Shown here: one piece after another, positions 1-8,869 of the stretch | How the letters are laid out: each line of letters opens with the position of its first letter | Position numbering within the stretch: the first letter of the stretch is position 1 | From: a bacterium | Lineage (GTDB): Bacteria; SAR324; NAC60-12 | Direction: 5' to 3' | NCBI GenBank assembly: GCA_965233585.1 | Contig: CBDDTI010000160.1 | Coordinates: forward strand, 1 to 12,177 | Length of the DNA: 12,177 nt | Position numbers and translations under genes: made by a program | The notes under the pieces: model-generated | Told to the model about the DNA's origin: nothing | Databases searched by the model: none | The model's input: the letters and a program-made list of their open reading frames with translations, nothing else

Positions 1-441
1 TATCTGGTTCTCTCAGCGTCTATAAAATAGTGAAAACCTTTCTCTTCTCTTTCCCCAGAGGGGTGGTTTAATGAGCTTTTTTTTTTTTTACTAATTCAAA
101 AGAAAACAATCGGTGAACGAGGATTCCTGTCAAATACACGATGTTCACCTTAATGCTTTTGCTCTAAGCGACATCTAATTTAGCCATTTGGTTTTCTCTT
201 GATTCAGCTACAAGAAACGAATTTTTCAATATTTAAACAGCCTTTGGTGATCCAAACGCAAAATTCAAAGCGATTGTAAATTGAGTCAATATCAAGGTAA
301 GTAGTAAAATGATTGACGTTACTGCTTTAAGCCGCTGTTTAAAACAACCTCCAGAACAAACCAGAGTTGGAAAAACGTGTGTTTCCTTTTTTGTTGATGA
401 TGCTCAGACGTGAATAGTAAAACAATACTGAGTACAAACTG

Positions 442-765
442 CCGGAGATACTCGCTTAAAAATAGGTATCGAGTAAGCTTCTTGAATCCCATAGCCTATA
501 TTAGACCAAAAAATGACTCAATTTACTCTATTCCAGATCAAAAATTTGATGCCCTGTTTAAGACCTAAGAGCCCGGCACAATGTGTCCAGCACGTAACTG
601 GAGCGAGTGACAAGCCGTTCCAGCACGTACACGGTGGATGTAAACAAGCATAAGTCAAGACTAGGTTTTGCCATGTCAATGCTCTTAATCATAATGATAA
701 AGAAGTGACCTTGTTTCATTAAAAGCATGGCCAATTCAAGATCGTAGAACGCGAACTATACCCTG
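442..765 (+). mobile_element. Decayed MITE-like repeat fragment
   Basis: Recurring CCCTATTTWWGACC-like motifs at 495-507, 526-539, 552-565 and 731-743 resemble the subterminal repeats of a coral MITE family recalled from memory. Boundaries are approximate. Confidence 0.35.
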
Positions 766-1480
766 CGTGTGGCACCGCACGAAGACGTAGAACGCGGCCG
801 CCGCCCAATGTTGTCAATGAGACCATTGTGTTGGCTCACTAAGATGTTTGTTAGTTTTTAATGTTATCAGGTTCATCTCACCGAAATTCCACGCAGACGG
901 AATTTCAAGAAAACATAAGTTATTTTTGGCCTTTTGCGTCGTTAGATCAGCAGGAATGAGGAGCTTTCTCGCAGAATCTTTATCAATAAATAACAAAGCT
1001 CGATAAGCACAAATGAAATAGGGTTATTCAGTCACAAAATTTTGTGGTTTACCTCTTTTCGTGATTTTTTTTTCTTTTTCTTTTTTTTTTTTCCCCGGCC
1101 GCAAAAAATATCTTATTCCGAAGAAATCGAGCCTGTCACGTCAATGTTAGAAGTTGCAGAAGTTACTTCCTCATCGTTCCGAATCGCACCAGTTGCATCC
1201 TGGAAAACATAACACCCAGAAAAAATCCATCTTCAAAATTAAGCTACCGTTAAAGTTTGTTTCATTAGGTAACAAAGACAAGTAATAAGACAACCTAATA
1301 AACGCGAAAGAGAGCTGTTCTCGTTCCACCACTGAAATTCTCAAGCTACCCTCCATTTCCCTGGAGTTATGTCATCACAATATTAATTGTAACATACTTT
1401 TACGTAGGACAAATACGGTAGGGTTCCTCCGTCATTCTGCTAAGCAGCAAAGCTGCGTGCATACAGATACAGTTACGAGC

Positions 1481-1494
1481 ACTTTCACTTCCTG
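1481..1494 (-). promoter_or_regulatory. ETS-IRF composite element (EICE-like)
   Basis: The minus strand reads CAGGAAGTGAAAGT, i.e. GGAAnnGAAA with consensus flanks, about 95 nt upstream of the TATA box. Confidence 0.45.
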
Positions 1495-1585
1495 TTGGCT
1501 GAATATGCCAATTATCAGTGTAATTAAGACACGCCTTTAGTCTCAAACCTGTAAAACTGAGGGCGTTAAAAATTAAAGAAGATAT

Positions 1586-1593
1586 TATAAAAG
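1586..1593 (+). promoter_or_regulatory. TATA box of the Ig gene
   Basis: TATAAAAG matches TATAWAWR, about 60 nt before the ATG at 1650. CCAAT at 1508-1512 is at a plausible upstream distance. Confidence 0.55.
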
Positions 1594-1649
1594 CTAAGTG
1601 AGATCGACCAAGCTGAGAGCTAGAGTTTGCAGTTTGCGGCTAGGCTGGG

Positions 1650-1731
1650 ATGGACGGTTCAAAGAATCAACACCAACAACTTTGTTTGGTAAAATACATT
1701 GTGTTTTCTTTGTCCCTTCTCATGATCCAAG
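1650..1731 (+). CDS. Exon 1 (signal peptide) of an Ig-superfamily protein
   Basis: ATG at 1650 reads MDGSKNQHQQLCLVKYIVFSLSLLMIQ plus 1 nt (82 nt), with a hydrophobic core. It ends at donor CCAAG|GTATGT (1732) in phase 1, matching all downstream exons, and lies 58 nt after a TATA box. Confidence 0.8.
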
Positions 1732-1768
1732 GTATGTCTTAAAAATTGAGTTACTCTGTCGTTATTAG

Positions 1769-2090
1769 GAGGGGTAAATGATCATTCAAAATTAAACCAT
1801 GGGTCTCCCCAAAATTTTCTGCGGGTCTCACTCGCAGTGTCGATTTTTAGCGGTTATGTGCGTCTTGAGCTTCGATTTTTTTTTTTTCACAAAGTTTCTC
1901 ACAATCTTGATATTTTTGCTAAGTGTCTCGAAGGGCAGATTTGTTTATGACGTCTAAACGTCCAAGAACCTGAACGTCTCGAAGATATATTTAACTGACT
2001 ATGGAGTTTCGGTGTCGAGATGCCTCGCGTTCGAAAAAAAAACCCTTTGTTGCATTCTCTCAAAGCCTTGAATTTTACCATTCACCACTC
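1769..2090. mobile_element. Decayed MITE-like element with recurring GTCTCG-type motifs
   Basis: Ends GAGGGGTAAATG / CATTCACCACTC are 10/12 inverted. About eight GTCTCG variants occur inside; no clear TSD. Confidence 0.4.
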
Positions 2091-2770
2091 AGTATAGCAC
2101 GCAGCTTTTTTCATTCCTTCGAGATCAATTTCCATAAAGATGAAGAAGGAGTCGTGGACAATCGATCTATCTCACAGTCATGTTTACTGGTAAGAATCAA
2201 GTAAAATATTTTTGAAATGAAGGCGCTTTTGGTCTTTTGAGTTTCGGTTACCACTGCACAGGTTAATATCGCTAGACTTAAAAATTTCCTTACCTGTAAC
2301 GCTTATTAATTTTTATGACTTCTTAAAACCTCCATGGCATTGTGTACCTAATATTCGAAGTATTTAGGGTGACAACCTTGAGTTTAGGTCATGTTTATTT
2401 CGACGAATTATGAAAATCATGTATTGTGTAGAATTTTAAAGGAGTATGGAACATTCAAGCTTTTACCATGGATAATCGATACGCCTCCATGTACACATGA
2501 CTAACGAATATCAAACCTCCAAAAAATTTGATTTGTGGGTGGTTAGGAAAAACGAAGAGTCATGGATGTGTTCAGCTTTATTATTAGTATCGTCATCACT
2601 TGAGTTCAGAAATGACGGATCTGGTTTTTTTTTCAACATAAATTATTGCCAAACTTATATCTGCTGATTTGTAAATCGGGCTTTAAATAGGGCGAAACCA
2701 ACTTTTCAATGTTACGGTAGCTATGCTGTGACGTCGGTCATTTGCGAAGCTACAAAGTACTACGACATGC

Positions 2771-2958
2771 AATAGGCCATTTCCGAGTTCCCTTGTGCCT
2801 CTGTTTCAAAGCGAGTCTAAGTGTGAAACCATTCTTATGAAAATGACTTTGATTTGCATGAAAATGAAACTGCATGCAGAACTCATTTTCATAAGAAAGG
2901 TTTCGCACTTACACTCGTTTTGAAACAGAGGCACAACGGAACTCGGAAATGGCCTATT
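2771..2958. mobile_element. 188-bp hairpin MITE (AATAGGCC...GGCCTATT)
   Basis: Arms 2771-2846 and 2883-2958 are reverse complements over 76 bp with 5 mismatches, around a 36-bp spacer. No coding capacity; lies in intron 1. Confidence 0.9.
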
Positions 2959-3046
2959 TTACACTTGCATTGTAATTTATTGTGGACTTCACGAAAGAGC
3001 TACGTTAAAATATATTGACTTTGTCGACAATTTTTGTTTCACTCAG

Positions 3047-3088
3047 TTTTTGCCGAAATCGATAAGCGATGCCAGAAGCCTTTCATAG
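3047..3088 (+). CDS. Micro-exon 2 (42 nt, phase 1-1), completes the signal peptide
   Basis: Acceptor TTTTTGTTTCACTCAG| and donor ATAG|GTAAAA. Reads (V)FAEIDKRCQKPFI with no stop and creates a V-F-A|E signal-peptidase (-3,-1) site after exon 1. Confidence 0.7.
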   Translation, partial: FLPKSISDARSLS

Positions 3089-3844
3089 GTAAAAATGCGC
3101 TATTTCTTTTCGTAAAATGCAATCCCGAAGTAAGATAACTAAGCAATGTCATTGCAGAATAGGGACAAACATTTGTTGACTTTTTGGATCGGTTTCAGTG
3201 TCTCGTGATATTTTATTCACTGGCATAACCAATAACCCTCAAAGTATCGAATTCTCTTCCTAAACCCGGGGAAATGTATTCCTTATCAGCTTTGGTTTAA
3301 AATGCGGTAACCTACTTCTCACATTTTAATTTTGTGCAACGTACACGTCTACAAGACATGACGTTAGCTAACCTGTAGTGTCTTCCATTAACTTAGTTTG
3401 AGACAGGCGTCAAATTTCCATCTAAATAACTTTCAAAAGTTAGGGTCAGAGTGCAAAATATATCCTACGTGAGACTGACTTTCATAATGAATGCCTCATT
3501 TCAGAGCAAAACGGCGCGCCTCAACATGTAATAGTCTCAGCCCTACACGTACCTATCCAGCTTATATTAGCCTATTAGCTCATATAAGAGAATGCATCCA
3601 TGCTAATAAACTGCTTTTGGTTTCTACAAAGTGTTGACTGGTTTGAATTGGGAAGAAAGTAAGAAATTGACGAGGAATAGGAACATCAAGAACATAAAAG
3701 GGTGCGAAGATTTCCCACGAATGGAGTCTGATTGCACATTGAGATTTCGCTTTCAAGGGCATCTCTTGTGAAAAGCATTTCGTGCACCAAACAGTCAAAT
3801 TAGGAATAAGCAGAGGAACATTTCAAAATATTTCTAACATATTT

Positions 3845-4209
3845 ATAGGTTATTTCACTTTTTTTGAGGGCGTACGATTTTTATTCCCAAGTTGTGTAAA
3901 ACAAACCAACGAGCGCAGCGAGTGAGTTTTTTTTACACGACGAGTCAATACAAATCGTACAAGCGAAGTAACCGTGAAATAACTTATTTATTATATACAT
4001 ACCGAGAATTATAAGCGAGCAGAATTCATACCTATGATTTTCTTTCAAGGGAAAACAACGCGCGGTGAAGCCGCCTCGCAGTTTCAGAGTTGCACTGAAA
4101 TGGCTTCCTTGTAAAATCGTATAACCAATCAGCTGGCTTTTCTAACACAAAGAGACTATTTTTATCTCGATGCTTTTCGGCGTGTAAATCTTCGTATGTA
4201 TATCATAAA
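3845..4209. mobile_element. Double-hairpin non-autonomous element (possibly Crypton-related)
   Basis: Nested inverted pairs 3845-3858/3974-3987 (13/14), GTACGATTT/AAATCGTAC and TGTAAAA/TTTTACA, abutting a second pair 3987-4002/4194-4209 (15/16). No TSD is evident; the family assignment is tentative. Confidence 0.55.
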
Positions 4210-4249
4210 CGGCCATATCTTACCCATCGTGACTTTTCTCACCAAACAG

Positions 4250-4294
4250 GTGCCCCGTCATTGTTTGAAAAGGAAAGTGGTGAGCAGCAAACAG
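4250..4294 (+). CDS. Micro-exon 3 (45 nt, phase 1-1), polar linker
   Basis: Acceptor CTTTTCTCACCAAACAG| and strong donor ACAG|GTAAGA. Reads (G)APSLFEKESGEQQT; length is a multiple of 3 and the frame is preserved. Confidence 0.7.
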
Positions 4295-5213
4295 GTAAGA
4301 ACGTTTCTATTAGTGCCTATAGTTGCCTCTGCTCAATCCCACGATGCATGCTGATATGCAGTCTCCTTATGTCCTGTGGCAAAAACGAAACTCAAATTGG
4401 TGACATATAGCAATCAACAACAGCAAGAAGCTTGGCAACAGTTTGTGCAAAAAGAAGCCATTATTGGGAAAGCAACGTTAAAATCAACTTGAGTAACTCT
4501 TTAATTTTGTGAGTCTGTAGCATACAATCACAAACTTTCAATTTAGCTTTCAGTGACGTTACATGCGGTATTGAAAGAACACCTCTACTAATCAGCCTGC
4601 TTAGCAAAATGCCAATGGTACTTTCTTCAACGTGCATCAATCAACAATTTCAAGGAAAAAATGAATGTTATAACTAGTTGTATTATTGATGTAAATTGGG
4701 TTCGCAAACGTACCAGTGTAGTATTGTAAATCAGTGTTGTATAAAGTGTCAAAAAAAAAACAAAAAACATGACATTGTCGCGATAACAGATCAAATACAG
4801 ATTAAAGTCTTTCAGTTTAGATATACACTTGCTTAGGTGTTAAGGAGTCAGGAAAAACGATGACGAAAAAGAACAATATCAGCTAATTAAACAATTTCGC
4901 CCGATTAGAGTCTCCTTGTGTTTTTGAGTTTGTTTTTCCTTTCGTCAGCAGCATCTCATAAATCAGGCATTCCAGCTTCTTTCTTGAATCTGCCTTTGAT
5001 AATGGCGACAAGATGACAGCCATGACAGGACGGAAAAATCATGCAATGCAAGTACCTATCGTTGTCTCATACAAAGCCTTAGGAAAGTTTCTTAATTCTT
5101 TGTATGGGACAACGGGAGGTACTTGCAGTACACGATTTTTTTCCGTTCTGTCATGAAAGGTCATGTTGTAGCGTTGATTTTTCTTTTAAAATGGCTTTAC
5201 AAATCCTCTTTAA

Positions 5214-6138
5214 AGTGTTTATGACACAAAAAATAATTTCTGCTCATTTGAAAGGCCTTTCAAAATACAGAAGAAAGACGTTTTTTTTCAAATATCTTTT
5301 TATGTTTTAGGGATATGGACATTTTTCTATTATTTAAATAGATCAGTGATGATGTCATAATACGGCAACTGAAAAGTGGTAAAAACTGAATAAACGATAT
5401 CTCTGGAAATATTAAAGCAGTGTTCTTGAAACTTGGCACCATAAATGTCCATCACAAAAGAAACAAAATGACACCCTCATTGCTGTTGCCATGACATCAT
5501 TTTTGCCACTGGTGCTGTCCTAATGAAAACTGAAATTCCCAGTTTTTGTCTCAATCAAGAACCATCTACCCCACACAATCTATTGATAGGAGTTACGACA
5601 ACATGAGAACTTGGTCTGTTCCAAGTAGAACCTTTTGTCTAACTTTGGAGGTTGTAAATGGGGATACTTGGTTTTTGGACGGAAAGAGAGTGAAGCCAAA
5701 AGAGTTACTATGGCAACGACATTAAGGGTGTAATTTGTTTTTACGACAACATGAGAACTTGGTCTGTTCCAAGTAAGACCTTTTGTCTAACTTTGGAGGT
5801 TGTAAATGGGGATACTTGGTTTTTGGACGGAAAGAGACTGAAGCCAAAAGAGTTACTATGGTAACGACACTAAGGGTGTAACTTGTTTCAAATGTGATGG
5901 AAATTTATGGTGCCAAGTTTCAAGAACACTGTTTCAATATTTCCAGAGATATCGCTTACTCAGTTTTTATCACCTTTCTGTTGCAGTAGTATGACATCAT
6001 CACTGATCTAATTTGCATGATAGAAAAACGCCAATATCTCTAAAACGAAAAACATATTTCAAAAATAACAGTGCCATTCTTCTGTATTTTGAAAGGCCTT
6101 TCAAATAAGCAGAAATCATTTTTTGTGTCATATACACT
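5214..6138. mobile_element. 925-bp non-autonomous DNA transposon with TTAA flanks (Kolobok-like termini)
   Basis: TTAA at 5210-5213 and 6139-6142; termini AGTG...CACT; imperfect TIRs of roughly 280 bp (about 5214-5490 vs 5860-6138). TTAA duplication with RR...YY ends fits Kolobok rather than piggyBac (CC...GG). No transposase. Confidence 0.85.
5593..5888 (+). repeat. Tandem duplication, 2 x 148 bp, inside the TTAA element
   Basis: Copies 5593-5740 and 5741-5888 both start TTACGACAACATGAGAAC; I count 6 substitutions between them. Confidence 0.95.
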
Positions 6139-6551
6139 TTAATAAAAGATGAACAAATTAATAAGAATCGTAATAAAGAATTCGGAAAAAATTATTCTTT
6201 TCTAAACTGTATGCGTCGCACGCAAACTTAAATTCTCTCTCAGAGTATACTTTCGCTGAACAATATGAATTGACTTCAATTTTTGAAATATGGACTAAAA
6301 GACGTACGTCAAATATAGTTTTGCACCATTTTTTCGATATGGTATGAGAGAAATTACTATAATCAGAGAAAATTAATAGAGCGCTTACACGAGCGATCAA
6401 TTTTTACAGGTGGTGCAGACACGGAAAGATCTAAGACATGAAAAGCTGAGATCACGACCTACGAAACAAACAATACCGTATTCTACTTGAGTGTTTTTCA
6501 TATTCAGTCAATGGTGTTTACTCAATGATCCATCCATATTCTATCACTTAG

Positions 6552-6866
6552 GTGCACTGGAAATAGCCTGGGTCACGAGTTCACCGAATGATATAATTGA
6601 AGGCAAATCAAAGGATCTGCAATGCTATTTTTCGGGACGACCTCTCCCTCACGAGGTCCATTGGTACAAGGATGGACAGCTAATCACAAACGGAACAGAA
6701 GGTATTTATCACTCAGAGGTCGAGAAAGAGAAAAATGGAGAGAAAACTCTCCGGAGCATGCTTCATCTTCCACTGGGACGTGAAGAGCAGGAAGGATTCT
6801 ACAAGTGCAGTGCAAGAAACAGTATTCCAAGCAGCGCGTCTTTTGAGATACAGATGATATATGAAT
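6552..6866 (+). CDS. Exon 4: immunoglobulin I-set-like domain 1
   Basis: Lies within ORF 6491..6874. Ig motifs LQCYFSGRPLPHEVHWYKDG and QEGFYKCSARN. Acceptor TTCTATCACTTAG|, donor GAAT|GTAAGT (6867); 315 nt, phase 1-1 as is typical of Ig exons. Confidence 0.92.
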
Positions 6867-7159
6867 GTAAGTAAGACTATTTATTCCTTGCAAAGGTCAC
6901 CATGTTTCTTGCCACTATTCCCTGACTGGCTAAACACTAATTGGGTTAATTAACTATAAGGATGACCTAACACCGTCATTTTCATGCTGGAAAAAATGGC
7001 ATGATTTGGTTTCGGGCGATCTGATCACTGATCCTGAGGGGGGAAGGTGCTGCTACTTAATTCAAAGACTAGAAAACTCTTTTTAAGGAGTCGTTTTTAT
7101 GTTTTAGATAGCTGATCTAGATATTCATTAAAAACTCTTTTCAACGTATTTTAACACAG

Positions 7160-7495
7160 GTCCATTAGCAAAAGGCCCAGTAAATCACTCATTGGAGATT
7201 CGTACGCCCAAATCTTCTAACGTCAGCCTGTCATGCTGGATTGACTGGGATGACTATTGTCCACAAGAACTGCTTTGGAAGTTTAACGACAAACCTGAAC
7301 CTCTGTCTGAAAGTGGTAAAAGGTATAATGTGGAACTAAAAGACAAGTACACCAAATGCCAGAAAGAATTCATTCTCTCTATTTTTGACGTGACGGAAAG
7401 TGACGAAGGAACCTACAGTTGCTACTGGCTCTGCGAGTACGAAAACACTACAAAAGCTGCCATTGATTTGAAAGTAGTTGATGACATGCAGACAG
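7160..7495 (+). CDS. Exon 5: immunoglobulin-like domain 2 (cysteine-rich)
   Basis: Extends ORF 7192..7530 upstream. Motifs NVSLSCW, LLWKF and LSIFDVTESDEGTYSC (D-x-G-x-Y-x-C). Acceptor TATTTTAACACAG|, donor ACAG|GTAGGA (7496); 336 nt, phase 1-1; joins exon 4 as YE-C-PLAKGP across a 293-nt intron. Confidence 0.92.
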
Positions 7496-8715
7496 GTAGG
7501 AATTTCCTCAACTCCCTGTTTCACCATTAAATCACTGCCACAATAAGCTCACAACTGGGTCTTTACATTTCGGCCTAAACAGTCAGTGAATATCTCACAG
7601 TCTTAGATCGAGTTAAAATGAAGTTACAAAAGCACACCTGAAAGAAAACTAAGGTAGTGACAAGTGCGCTTGCCAAAACATGAGCATCAGGATCGAAGAC
7701 TCCGCTCCGACTAGCTGGGACTTCGCAAGTATATATGAGTAAAATAAAGGCAACTGAAAGGTTAAAAATCCTGCTTAATTCTTCTAAAACAGGTTGGATC
7801 TTACTTCAAGTGCTAATAGAGAATGCAAAATCACTTGGAAGTGCTGACAAAGACCACTGCAGGGTACCGAATATGAAGACTTTTCAGAAACAATCATTTA
7901 TCTACTGAGTACAGTTCATTTCCAGCTCGGAGATCTTTCAACCAGAACAAATTTTCTACCCGTGTTCTATTACGAATGCAATTTTCTTATTGGATACCCT
8001 ACTCACCATCCATTATGTTGTAGATACTGATGAGAAGCGTAGCAGAATGCGCCGGGTTATTGACAAAATGGCGGCCACTTCTTTGCGTCTTCGTAGTACA
8101 AGTGAAAAGGATTTAAATAAAGTTTTGAATGAATAGTAGCCGCGCCCTTGTCAAGCTTTTAATGATTGTAAACTATTATAACGTATTTTCCTTGTGTTTG
8201 TAACAGAAGAAAGGGCCCGTTACCACGCTGTGTTCATAGTCTGTTATTGAAACTTTGTTCTTATTTTGTCTCAGGAGTTATAAGCAGGCTCTAAAGTGAA
8301 TTTGGATTATGCAATGAAGATGATGACCAGGTCCAGGACACATTATCGAAGCAGCGTGGATTAGCTAATGTAGTGGACTATAGTTATAATATAATATAGC
8401 TGTGGAGTTTTATAGTTTTATAGTTTTCTTTTTTTGTTTTGGTATTTTTCTCATGGCATTTTAAACTTTGGACAATGTCAAACATAGTTTAGAGTTATCA
8501 GTGAAATAAACCTTGAAATAACAGAAGCACGAATTCTTAATTAGTTATATCAAGCACGGAATTAAGTTAATCGCTCCACATTTAGCGCAGAAATGATGAA
8601 AGCATTCAACAATGTCTTGTAAAGGACCGTGTAGATGGAATCTATTAAGTTAACAAACACTAGTTGTATGCAACGTAAATGCTTTAAAAGAAGTTTATAG
8701 GTCTTATGCATATTT

Positions 8716-8869
8716 AAGCAACAGAAGACTTTTTCCGTGAGAGCCTCCTCCAAACACAAAGGAACGAAGTGGAGGGTTCGCATAACTTTCGAGAATTCTC
8801 CCACTGCAAGCCTCCGAGTGTTTAATTAGATGAGGCTATGTAAACATGGAAAAAAGTACCCTTTTGCTT
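8716..8869. mobile_element. Decayed hairpin repeat element
   Basis: AAGCAACAGAAGACTTTTTCCGTG pairs imperfectly with CATGGAAAAAAGTACCCTTTTGCTT, and AGCCTCCTCCAAACAC with GTGTTT...AGATGAGGCT. The left arm appears partly deleted. Confidence 0.5.

Noticed and set aside
1420..1810. NF-kB-like GGG...CC motifs near 1421 and 1801
   Set aside because: Neither fits GGGRNYYYCC on either strand.
2001..2204. ORF 2001..2204 and donor-like CTG|GTAAGA near 2190
   Set aside because: Overlaps a decayed repeat, and no acceptor gives a phase 1-1 exon compatible with the gene.
4929..5020. Strong polypyrimidine tract and CAG acceptor at 4948
   Set aside because: The phase-1 frame reaches TGA without a GT donor, so no exon can be supported.
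5593..5888. Direct repeats as a CRISPR-like array
   Set aside because: Only two 148-bp head-to-tail units, no spacers, eukaryotic context.
5104..6400. ORFs 5104..5310, 5260..5442 and 6158..6400 as possible transposase fragments
   Set aside because: Short, AT-biased, with no DDE or zinc-finger motifs; two lie across TIR sequence.
6491..6551. N-terminal part of ORF 6491..6874 (GTG start, hydrophobic-looking)
   Set aside because: It is intron sequence before the acceptor at 6550-6551; a better signal-peptide exon exists at 1650.
6684..7527. Minus-strand ORFs 6684..6893 and 7336..7527
   Set aside because: Antisense shadows of the Ig exons with no recognisable motifs.
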